45,343 nucleotides of DNA from a virus (IMGVR_UViG_3300027790_000038:1-45343), one strand, 5' to 3'. Counted from the first letter of the stretch, positions 26,544-34,534 are shown. The notes: generated by a model not told the origin, from the letters alone. Program-made: numbers and translations.

Positions 26544-27911
26544 CTAGCGGACAGCCGCCAGTGTAAGCGTGACCGCCGACCGGTTCCCATCTGCGTCCAC
26601 GGTCGCCGAGAGGGCGTCCGCGGCGTCCGCGAGATTCCGGTAGACTGCCGTGGTCGTGTCCAGGCCGCTCGCCTTCCCGAGCAGCGCGCATGCCATCATC
26701 GCCGTCATCTCTTCGAACGTGATCGAACTCATGTCCGTCGCGTCATACGTCCGGGCGAAGATTCCGGCCACGATTTCAGTAACCGCGTCCGCCGCCAGCT
26801 CCGAAGCACCGATCGCGTCCGCCGCAATTTTGGCCGCCGTGATGGCGTCGGTGGCGATCTTGGTCGCCGTGATGGCGTTCGACGCGATCTTATCCGCCGT
26901 GATGGCGCTCGACGCGATCTTAGCCGCCGTGATGGCGTCCGACGCGATCTTGGCCGCCGTGATCGCCCCGTCAGCGAGGCCGACCGCTACGAGATGGTCG
27001 CCCGTGCCACCCGCTTCGGTCAGATGGTCGCCGTTGCCACCCGCCTCAGTCAGGTTCGTCCCGTCGAGCCCGATGGCCGGTGTGACCGCCAGGAACTCGA
27101 TGGTGTCACCCACTGCGACCGTGAAAGGCGGCGTGTCCGAGAACTGCACCCGGAGGTCGTCCGACTGGTCATAAGACGTCAGGCGAACGAGCCCTTTCTG
27201 GGCGAAGTTCGTCTGGTCGGTGATGATCGCCATGGTGCCCGCCGGCAGCCCGCCGTCGTCCGCCGGCCCACGCGCGAGGTCCATGTCCGTCTGGGACGCG
27301 ACCGCCGCGATGGTCGTCTTGAAGAGGAGCCCGTTCGACCCCGTCACGAACTCCGCGTCCGGTCCACCGAGGGTTTCTCCGGAGAACCACGTGTCCAGAT
27401 ACACCTTCGTGACCGAATCAACAGCCGCGACGTGGAACACCGTGCATGCCATCTCACTGGACGTGAGCCCGATACCGATACGCGTGCCGACGGAGTCGAT
27501 GGCCGCGTCCGTCAGATCACCCGCGATGGTCGCGAAGTTCGTGCCGCCTGTGGTGTCGTTGTCCAGGTTCTCCGACTGGAACGCACCCGACGCCTGCTCG
27601 ACCCAGAGGGTGCCGGCGGCGTCCCCGCCCGCCCACGTACCAGATGAGAGCAGACACCCGATCACGACAGCGGTAGACCCGGAGGTCGCGCCAGAGATCG
27701 TGTCACCCTTTCGTGGCCGCACGGATCCGGAGGTGAACGCGACGTGCTCCGCCGCGCATTCAGTGGATGCCTGCTCGTCAGACGCGATGGTCACGTCCGC
27801 GGCGGCCAGTGCCGGGTCCGTCTCGAGAACCAGTCCCGCGGGGTCGTCTGCTGCGTCCATGACCGAAATGATGACGAGCTTACCCCGTCCGCGCTCCGCG
27901 TTTACATGCAT
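26544..27911 (-). CDS. Fibre protein with AITAAKIAxD repeats
   Basis: Ala/Thr/Gly-rich, with five to six 10-aa repeats and LTEAGGxGDH repeats. Confidence 0.7.
   Translation of the reverse strand: MHVNAERGRGKLVIISVMDAADDPAGLVLETDPALAAADVTIASDEQASTECAAEHVAFTSGSVRPRKGDTISGATSGSTAVVIGCLLSSGTWAGGDAAGTLWVEQASGAFQSENLDNDTTGGTNFATIAGDLTDAAIDSVGTRIGIGLTSSEMACTVFHVAAVDSVTKVYLDTWFSGETLGGPDAEFVTGSNGLLFKTTIAAVASQTDMDLARGPADDGGLPAGTMAIITDQTNFAQKGLVRLTSYDQSDDLRVQFSDTPPFTVAVGDTIEFLAVTPAIGLDGTNLTEAGGNGDHLTEAGGTGDHLVAVGLADGAITAAKIASDAITAAKIASSAITADKIASNAITATKIATDAITAAKIAADAIGASELAADAVTEIVAGIFARTYDATDMSSITFEEMTAMMACALLGKASGLDTTTAVYRNLADAADALSATVDADGNRSAVTLTLAAVR
26790..26965. repeat. 30-bp tandem coding repeat (AITAAKIASD)
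   Basis: GCCGTGATGGCG...GCGATCTT units repeated about five times. Confidence 0.9.
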
Positions 27912-27936
27912 TGGTGTTCCCTCTTGTGGTGTTCCA

Positions 27937-28692
27937 TCATGCGGCGCCTCTCAGTGCGCCGCGTGTTGCTCCTCGTGTTGACCCTTGATCCGGGGGTGGG
28001 GCATCGGATGCGCTGGCGGCGGCGGCGGGGATCTCGATGATCGTTCCCGCCCACTCTCCAACTCCGTCAGCCCCTGCTGCCCACTCGATGGACCCGGCAG
28101 TGTCCGTCCCGGTAATACGGGATTGACGATTGAATGCCGAGAAGCCACTCTCCTGGATCGTGCCGCGATCCGTCCAGCTTGCCCGGGTCGCGTCTACACC
28201 ATACCCGCCAGCGAGCTGGGCGAAGATCGCATATCCAGCACTGCCTGCTGCCCATGCGGTGGCGTAGCTGATCGACATGTGCGCGGGGTCGGCGGTCGTG
28301 CCGATGGCGCTGTGAACTGCGTTCTTCGTCACTTCGCCCGCGCTGGCCCAACCGACGATCTCCAGACTCACATGCTCGATGTTCCCACCACCGGAGTAGG
28401 CGAGAGTCAGAGCGCCGTCCGTGCCCGCGCTTGTCGCTTGGAAGATGACCAGAGCATCACCACCATATGTGTCACCGAAGTTCTCGGCGTTCGGCACGAG
28501 CGCCCATGTGAGGCTTTGCCCAGTCAGGGTGAACTCGCCTGTGAGCGGAGCCCCCGTTGCCACACGCACCATGAAGGCCGCGGTGAGCACATGTCCACTC
28601 GTGGGTGCCACGGACATCGCGCTTGTCGTGTAGGACGTAGTCGCGATGGCTCCGCTGGCTTCAGCGAGAAGGGTGGTTGCTGACGCCGCCAT
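27937..28692 (-). CDS. Virion appendage protein, beta-rich
   Basis: 251 aa, Ala/Thr/Ser/Gly-rich, with C-terminal TRGATRGALRGAA. Confidence 0.55.
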   Translation of the reverse strand: MAASATTLLAEASGAIATTSYTTSAMSVAPTSGHVLTAAFMVRVATGAPLTGEFTLTGQSLTWALVPNAENFGDTYGGDALVIFQATSAGTDGALTLAYSGGGNIEHVSLEIVGWASAGEVTKNAVHSAIGTTADPAHMSISYATAWAAGSAGYAIFAQLAGGYGVDATRASWTDRGTIQESGFSAFNRQSRITGTDTAGSIEWAAGADGVGEWAGTIIEIPAAAASASDAPPPDQGSTRGATRGALRGAA

Positions 28693-30402
28693 TTACGACA
28701 GACCCCATGTCCCGATCTCGACCTCCGAGATCATCATGCGGTCGAAGATCCGCGTGTCAGCCACGAGCGTGCCCAGGAGCCCACCGTTGTCGAGCTGGTC
28801 CCCGACCTGGATGCGGTCCGCGTAGGGGAAGTCCGTACCCGTGGCGTCCTGCACCGTGAACGACGTGCTTTCGTAGATGAGCGTCCGACTGCCCACCCCG
28901 GTGTCGAGGTTGGTCACCCAAACCCGCACGACACCGTTCGCGGACCCCTGATTGTTCGTGGTGACCTGCAGCTCGATCCGGTACGGCACGTTCGCGTTGA
29001 CGACGCCGGAGGCGCTGATGGCGTTCGTGTAGTCGTTGTACCCACCGACGTCGCCCGCCAGATAAAGCTGTGATCCGTACCGCGTCAGGATGACGGCCCA
29101 CGGATCGCCGGTCGGGTACGCCCTGCCACCCTTGAGGTAGATCAGCTTCCGCTGGGCGCCGTCCTGCGTGACGTTCGTGAACTCCACATCGATCGCGACA
29201 TGGACGGTCCGCGAGGCGGAGTAGCCCTCGTAGTACCGGTAGCGGTCCTGGTCCGTGTGCGATCCGGAGTTGATGCTGAACACGTGCTGCGCGACCTGGC
29301 GCCCACCGAACGAGCCGGTCGGGTCTGAGATCAGCGAGATGCCAGCACCGCCGAGTGTACCCGTCCAGGCGGCGTCCACACCGTCGTCGAAAAGGTTGTC
29401 GATGACGGTCGGCTCGGCCCCAACGCCCGGGGTCGTGTCTGTGGTGCCGTTTCCTCCCCCCGATCCTGCTCCACCTTCAAGAAGGACAATCAGTGACATA
29501 GGTGCTCCGTCGTAAACGTGGATATCATCGTAGTAGAGTCGGTTCCCGCTGAGGCCGCCGCCGTTGAACGACAGCATCAGCATGTTGAGGTCGAGCGCGG
29601 AGTCGGCTCGGAACTCGAGCCCGGTCAGTTCCACGACCAGCTCCTCATCCAGCCAGACCCGCACAACACCATTCGCCTGCCCGACATCGTTGAGCCGCAC
29701 GTAATGGTCGAGCTGATGCCACTGCCCGATCTCGGGCCGAATCACCGTGTCGTAGTCCTCGTCGCCCCAGATGCCGCCCTGCGAGGGGTGGTACGTGTAG
29801 GCGAGCATCTTCCGGTCGGCCTGAGCGCCGGAGCCCATCGAGCACATCGACTGGAAGAAGTCGTGGCCGTTCGGGACCACACCCGCCTGTCCGAAGCTGC
29901 TCCAGAGTGAGTCACTGCGATTGCCCGCGATGTTCGTGAGCTTCACCGCATCGCTGTTGCCCCACTGGTCCAGGTAGAACGAGGTCCGGACATGCAGCTC
30001 ACCGCTCGCAGGCGGGTCGAACCACTTCGCGAGCCAGCCAGCGTCGTTCTGATCCGCGAAGTCGACCCGGAGCACGTTCCCGCGATCCTCGCCGGTCGGG
30101 TCGGGCACGATCGAGTGCTGCAAAGGCGTGTTCCGGTCGCCCCACGCACCGAACCCGGCGCTCCAGTCCTCATGGAAGAGTGGGTTGGGATCCTCTGGGT
30201 CAGGTTCGACAGGTGGGTCCGGGTCAATCGGTGGATCGACCGGCCCCTCCATCTGCTCATCCCGTCGGAGCTGCAGCTCGGCGCCGATGTCGTTCTTGTG
30301 CCCCTGCATCCGGTCGAGCGCCTCCCGGGCGTTCGCCTCCTGGGCTGACATGTAGCCGAATTTCTGAAGCAGCTGCGCGTCACTGAGACGGCGTGGACTC
30401 AC
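28693..30402 (-). CDS. Tandem polysaccharide-lyase-like / lectin jelly-roll protein
   Basis: Short coiled coil and Pro/Asp linker, then two domains, each ending in a shared motif (VRLNDVGQANGVVRVWLD and VTTNNQGSANGVVRVWV) followed by YYDDI and IFDRM respectively. Confidence 0.7.
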   Translation of the reverse strand: MSPRRLSDAQLLQKFGYMSAQEANAREALDRMQGHKNDIGAELQLRRDEQMEGPVDPPIDPDPPVEPDPEDPNPLFHEDWSAGFGAWGDRNTPLQHSIVPDPTGEDRGNVLRVDFADQNDAGWLAKWFDPPASGELHVRTSFYLDQWGNSDAVKLTNIAGNRSDSLWSSFGQAGVVPNGHDFFQSMCSMGSGAQADRKMLAYTYHPSQGGIWGDEDYDTVIRPEIGQWHQLDHYVRLNDVGQANGVVRVWLDEELVVELTGLEFRADSALDLNMLMLSFNGGGLSGNRLYYDDIHVYDGAPMSLIVLLEGGAGSGGGNGTTDTTPGVGAEPTVIDNLFDDGVDAAWTGTLGGAGISLISDPTGSFGGRQVAQHVFSINSGSHTDQDRYRYYEGYSASRTVHVAIDVEFTNVTQDGAQRKLIYLKGGRAYPTGDPWAVILTRYGSQLYLAGDVGGYNDYTNAISASGVVNANVPYRIELQVTTNNQGSANGVVRVWVTNLDTGVGSRTLIYESTSFTVQDATGTDFPYADRIQVGDQLDNGGLLGTLVADTRIFDRMMISEVEIGTWGLS

Positions 30403-30449
30403 TAGTCTGACCCCGCAGGGGTCTCCCTCAACATGTTGAACATGGAGGA

Positions 30450-30494
30450 AAGATAAGACGGTGTAGCGTCGGGGTCGTTGACCGAAGTGCCAAC
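30450..30494 (-). promoter_or_regulatory. Putative late promoter 2 (spike module, terL, portal)
   Basis: GTTGGCACTTCGGTCAACGACC-N17-TATCTT. Confidence 0.8.
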
Positions 30495-30744
30495 TCTCAG
30501 ATTTTGCAAAACCCCGGAATTTTTTCGGAGCGGATCTCTACACGACCGAGACCCGGCGTCTGCCTCGGTGCCGCCTTGTCACGAGGTACCGGGGGGCCTT
30601 CGGGCCAAGAACCGTGCCACGAATTCGGCCATCCTGTCTACCTAACATAATGTCTATTATATGAAGTGATTCGGTAACTCATTGCTATATAAGCACTTAG
30701 CTTTTCGTTACGCCCTGGCTCGGCGGCTCAGTGGTTATGCAGCA

Positions 30745-30771
30745 TGAGTATGCAGGATTCGTGCATACTCA
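30745..30771. repeat. Perfect 10-bp inverted repeat
   Basis: TGAGTATGCA-ggattcg-TGCATACTCA at the end of the terS unit. Confidence 0.8.
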
Positions 30772-30772
30772 G

Positions 30773-31003
30773 TCAGGTGTCATTCAGACATTCTGTCTCA
30801 TTTGCGCGAGGGCTGTCGCACTCACTCAATGGAACGCGGCCTGTGCCTACGTTCGACGACGTTCCTGATTTGTCCACGATCGAGGGCAAGAATTGCGCAC
30901 GTTCGTTCACATTCCACTCTCGAGGTGGTGCTTCGAAGGGCCAACGACGTGCAATCGTGTCACTATCGGTACGATCGTGCAGTCTGCCCGCACCCTTCCC
31001 CAT
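30773..31003 (-). CDS. Hypothetical protein
   Basis: The ATG overlaps the upstream stop (TGATG). No other support. Confidence 0.3.
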   Translation of the reverse strand: MGKGAGRLHDRTDSDTIARRWPFEAPPREWNVNERAQFLPSIVDKSGTSSNVGTGRVPLSECDSPRANETECLNDT

Positions 31004-31194
31004 CAGATGTTCTCGTACGGGATCCACCCCATCACCGTCACCCTGGTCACATCCACAGGATGGCCCTCACAGACCTCCGCTCGGAGCTGCCTGTGCCCAT
31101 CGATGAAGAACTTCACCTCAACCTCGCCCCTCATCTCAGCCTCAGCAGCTGCGTCCTGCAGCACACGAAGGAACGACACCAACGTTTCACTCAT
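31003..31194 (-). CDS. Hypothetical protein
   Basis: 63 aa with a GAGGAG RBS. Confidence 0.6.
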   Translation of the reverse strand: MSETLVSFLRVLQDAAAEAEMRGEVEVKFFIDGHRQLRAEVCEGHPVDVTRVTVMGWIPYENI

Positions 31195-31195
31195 C

Positions 31196-31396
31196 TCACA
31201 CTCCTCGTTTCACATGTTTCTGCCAGCAGCCAGCGCACAGGTTATGCGCCTCCATCTTCAACTCACCATCCTCCATACCCATCAAGCGACGGATCCGGGT
31301 GTATATGATCCTCTTCGGGTCCAATTCCCTTCGGCAGTCCATGCACACCGGTGTCAGCCACTCCGGTATCGTCGCTGGGTGTTCCACACGTTTCAC
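31196..31396 (-). CDS. Small CxxC...CxxC protein (start uncertain)
   Basis: CMDC...CAGC. Its stop abuts the next gene and it overlaps 31263-31454. Confidence 0.45.
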   Translation of the reverse strand: MKRVEHPATIPEWLTPVCMDCRRELDPKRIIYTRIRRLMGMEDGELKMEAHNLCAGCWQKHVKRGV

Positions 31397-31454
31397 ATTC
31401 GGTCCTCTCGATTGGGTTCAAGTGGTCACAGTCACAACGCCACGTGTCCATCAT
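31263..31454 (-). CDS. Small zinc-ribbon (RanBP2-like) protein
   Basis: ATGA-coupled start. WRCDCDHLNPIERTECETCG. Confidence 0.5.
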   Translation of the reverse strand: MMDTWRCDCDHLNPIERTECETCGTPSDDTGVADTGVHGLPKGIGPEEDHIHPDPSLDGYGGW

Positions 31455-31816
31455 CCATCGTCTCCGATGAGGAAGCTGCCACGTGTGGTCGGAGTGATGA
31501 CCGCAGACCACGTGCTGCCTTCAAGCATACGTGACCCTGCTGCCGATCGGAGCGTGATATGAAACGCGCCCCCAATCGCCCGGGCCTCGATCACCGCCCG
31601 CGCATCTCGCGGACGGCACACACGGAACGACGTCTCCCGCAGGCCACCGGCCATCCCGATGCGCCGACGTGGTGACTCGAGAGTCAGCACCACATCACTG
31701 AAGTGCTGGTTGTCCACGACCAGGACGGGGCAATCATACTCACCCCCATCCCACCCACGCGTAGACACGCACGCGCTCATCCCCAGCAGGGCAAGCACCA
31801 GAATCATATTCCTCAC
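31451..31816 (-). CDS. Lipoprotein
   Basis: Signal peptide with lipobox MSAC. GTGA-coupled to terS. Confidence 0.75.
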   Translation of the reverse strand: MRNMILVLALLGMSACVSTRGWDGGEYDCPVLVVDNQHFSDVVLTLESPRRRIGMAGGLRETSFRVCRPRDARAVIEARAIGGAFHITLRSAAGSRMLEGSTWSAVITPTTRGSFLIGDDG

Positions 31817-32364
31817 AACAGCTCACTCAGTTCGTCAGGCAACGTACCCGCCACCTCTGTCTCCTCGTCCGACGGCGTATCAATTACCTCATACTCCGCC
31901 TCTTCCACTTCGGTCCCGGGCACCAGCGACGTCAGCTCCGCGGAGTTCCTCCGGAGAGCATCCAGGTGCAGCTCCCCGACCGAGATGTTGACCTCCACCC
32001 CGGACTTATCCCCGTACTCATCGCGGTTGCGCATACCGGCCAACCACTGCTTGTACCGGGCCCGGCTCGAACCCAGGCTCACGTCCGCAGATGTCAACAG
32101 CGTCTTCTTTGCCAGTTCCTCGAGCACCTCACCCGCGTCCTCCGCGAGCGAGTGCGCCGACACCTTGCGCGCAGCGCGCAGACGATTCTTCCTCTCGTCC
32201 CCTCCGTGCTTGATCCAGCTGTAGAGCAGTCCGCGGCTGGAGCATCCAGTCAGCTCCGCCACCGTCTTCATCGGGTGACCCTCCTCCACGAAAGAGAAGA
32301 CCCAGTCATCTCCGCCATTCTCCTCGACGTGTCGAGCGTAGGCGTGCAGTTTTTCTCGTACCAT
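31813..32364 (-). CDS. terS: Terminase small subunit
   Basis: N-terminal HTH-like segment, then ARKVSAHSLAE...RYKQWLAG..N...YGDK..V.VNI..LHLDALR. Start moved to the ATG at 32364. Confidence 0.8.
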   Translation of the reverse strand: MVREKLHAYARHVEENGGDDWVFSFVEEGHPMKTVAELTGCSSRGLLYSWIKHGGDERKNRLRAARKVSAHSLAEDAGEVLEELAKKTLLTSADVSLGSSRARYKQWLAGMRNRDEYGDKSGVEVNISVGELHLDALRRNSAELTSLVPGTEVEEAEYEVIDTPSDEETEVAGTLPDELSELL

Positions 32365-32369
32365 GATGG

Positions 32370-32414
32370 AGTATAGTCCACCCACCCTCCACCGTCGTTG
32401 GCGTCCGTGCCAAC
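32370..32414 (-). promoter_or_regulatory. Putative late promoter 1 (terS unit)
   Basis: GTTGGCACggacgcCAACGACg-N17-TATACT, with the same geometry as the other two copies. Confidence 0.78.
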
Positions 32415-32433
32415 ACTGGGCTCTCCCGCAGGG

Positions 32434-32716
32434 GTGACACGTCCATGACACGCCATGACACGTCCTCAAATCCTGTAAGTCGTTGCCCCCACAACACCTA
32501 TGACACATATGACGCGTATGACACGTGTTCGTCAGCTCTCTCCTATAGAATATCCCTATACGTATACCACTACACCTGTCACCAAGGTTTTCTTACGCAA
32601 TGAATAGAGTATATGTGTCATTGTGTCATCCATTCTCATAAACCCATACCTACCAACGACTTAGTGAATGACACATACCTGGATAATCCGTCATACATCC
32701 GTCATACATGTGTCAT
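32434..32716. repeat. Iteron-like cluster, putative replication origin
   Basis: About 12 TGAC(A/G)-core units, mostly ATGACAC/GTGTCAT, in both orientations around an AT-richer core. Also TAAGTCGTTG (32476) and its inverse CAACGACTTA (32654). Confidence 0.75.
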
Positions 32717-32730
32717 CCGCCCTCACCCCC

Positions 32731-32759
32731 TTGCGCGCATTCGCAGGTCCTGATAAAAT
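32731..32759 (+). promoter_or_regulatory. Putative early sigma70-type promoter
   Basis: TTGCGC-N17-TAAAAT ahead of the first plus-strand gene. Confidence 0.7.
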
Positions 32760-32798
32760 GAATCGTTGACCTGTTCGCTTCAGATAGTGGAGAATGAC

Positions 32799-33101
32799 AT
32801 GAGCACCACGTGCCTCTGGAATGGTTGCGCCGCCGCCCCCACCCACAAGGCAACCCTTCGGTTGAAGGGTCGGGAGCCTCGCGTTTCCTTCCACTGCGAC
32901 GACCACGTTCCGGGCAGCGATCGGCCCGCCGACGCGACGTGGCCGATGTGCTACGAAGTCGAGCTGCTCCCGGAGCCGGAACAGACGATCCGGTTGGCCG
33001 ACACTTCGGGGATGCTCCACCGCCTCGCATCGGCGGAGGTCGCCGCACACGGACGGTACCTCTGCATGGTGGACGACAAGCGCACCGAGGTCATCGCATG
33101 A
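32799..33101 (+). CDS. Hypothetical protein with Cys/His motif
   Basis: GGAG RBS. CLWNGC...HCDDH. Confidence 0.6.
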   Translation: MSTTCLWNGCAAAPTHKATLRLKGREPRVSFHCDDHVPGSDRPADATWPMCYEVELLPEPEQTIRLADTSGMLHRLASAEVAAHGRYLCMVDDKRTEVIA

Positions 33102-33658
33102 GAGTACTCATCGCCTGTTCGTGCAGTGGCACGACGAGGGACTATTTCACGGCGCTCGGCCACGACGCCACCTCCTGTGATCTGAAACCGAGCGCCACGC
33201 CCGGCCCCCACTATCAGGGCGACGTGCGGGACCTCCTGCACGCCAACTGGGACCTGATGATCGCGCACCCACCCTGCACCCACCTGTCCGTCAGTGGCGC
33301 GCGGTGGTTCCCCGAGAAGCGCGCCGACGGTCGCCAGCAACGCGCCTTGTCCTTCGTCGGTGAGCTGCTCTCCGCACCCATCCCACGCATCTGCGTGGAG
33401 AACCCTGTCTCGATCCTGTCCACCGTCTTCCGCAAGCCCGACCAGATCATCCAGCCGTGGCAGTTCGGGCACGGCGAGACGAAGACCACCTGCCTGTGGC
33501 TCAAAGGCCTCCCTGACCTCGTGCCCACGAACATCGTGCCGGGGCGTGAGTCCCGCATCCACAAGATGCCCCCGAGCGACGACCGCGGCGCGCTCAGGTC
33601 CATGGCATACGACGGGATCTCGCGTGCCATGGCCGAGCAGTGGGGCGTGCTGTTATGA
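33098..33658 (+). CDS. Short phage DNA cytosine (C5) methyltransferase-like protein
   Basis: MRVLIAC..SG..RD.F..LGHDA.SCDL, catalytic AHPPC, ENPV and QPWQFGHGETK.TCLWLKGLP. Confidence 0.85.
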   Translation: MRVLIACSCSGTTRDYFTALGHDATSCDLKPSATPGPHYQGDVRDLLHANWDLMIAHPPCTHLSVSGARWFPEKRADGRQQRALSFVGELLSAPIPRICVENPVSILSTVFRKPDQIIQPWQFGHGETKTTCLWLKGLPDLVPTNIVPGRESRIHKMPPSDDRGALRSMAYDGISRAMAEQWGVLL

Positions 33659-33936
33659 GAGCCAGTGACGAGGAGATCAAGGAGATCATGGTAGGACTCT
33701 GCGCATACGTTGTCATATTCGTCACCCTGCACACGGTGGGTGTGGTTATATGCGGTCTGCTTTGGGTGCACTCGCCAGAGGTTCACCGTCAGTTTGGGCC
33801 ACACTTCATTGTCACGATCGGGGCATGCTCAGCCGTTCTGGTCGCGGGTCTACTTGTGTCGTGGATTGTGGCTGCCATCCAATTCGCCGGGCGCAGTGTG
33901 CGGGTCATCATCTCTGACACATGGGGAGCAGACTGA
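33655..33936 (+). CDS. Two-TM membrane protein
   Basis: ATGA-coupled, with two hydrophobic helices. Confidence 0.6.
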   Translation: MRASDEEIKEIMVGLCAYVVIFVTLHTVGVVICGLLWVHSPEVHRQFGPHFIVTIGACSAVLVAGLLVSWIVAAIQFAGRSVRVIISDTWGAD

Positions 33937-34259
33937 TGCGCCGCACCGCCTCCACCATCCAGGCCCTCGAGCGCCTCTGCGCCGCCGCGGACATCCTGCT
34001 CACCCGGGACGGCAAGCACTTCGTCGTCCACACCGCGCAGATGGACGATGAACCACCCCGCGGCAAGGCGAGCGCTGCGGCCCTCGCACACACCGTCGCG
34101 GCCCTCCGGGATCGCCCTGACTTCGATGAGCTGCGCGACGTCACCCGGTACGACCCGGGCATCAACCGGAACACCCTGCGCCCGGACGTCCCCACCTCCG
34201 GCCTCGCCGGGTGGGAAGAAGACGAGCTGGTCCGCCTCGCCGTGACGGAGGTGACCTGA
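33936..34259 (+). CDS. Hypothetical protein
   Basis: TGATG-coupled, with strong GC3 codon bias. Confidence 0.65.
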   Translation: MRRTASTIQALERLCAAADILLTRDGKHFVVHTAQMDDEPPRGKASAAALAHTVAALRDRPDFDELRDVTRYDPGINRNTLRPDVPTSGLAGWEEDELVRLAVTEVT

Positions 34260-34359
34260 GATGAGGCGCCGGCCCGGGATGTACCCCTACTGGAAAAGCG
34301 GCTCTCCTTCACCTCGCAGCGTACGCGTACCTTCTCCTCATGCTCTGGGCACTCAGCCA

Positions 34360-34509
34360 ATGCAACTGATCGCCGACGTTCTCGAGTACACCTTCTACGT
34401 GGCCCTCATCCTCGCAGTACTGGCGGTCATGTGGAACTCCCAGCCCGCCGCGGGTAGTACTCCCCCTCCACCTTCCGTGGGCGTCCACCCCATTCTCCTC
34501 CGGACTTGA
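34360..34509 (+). CDS. Small membrane peptide (start may be 34261)
   Basis: MQLIADVLEYTFYVALILAVLAVMW, single TM helix. Confidence 0.45.
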   Translation: MQLIADVLEYTFYVALILAVLAVMWNSQPAAGSTPPPPSVGVHPILLRT

Positions 34510-34534
34510 CACGATGCGGCGCCTCTATTACCTG
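34506..34534 (+). promoter_or_regulatory. Possible sigma70-type promoter
   Basis: Perfect TTGACA at the start of an intergenic gap, but the -10 is weak (TACCTG at 17 nt). Confidence 0.4.
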
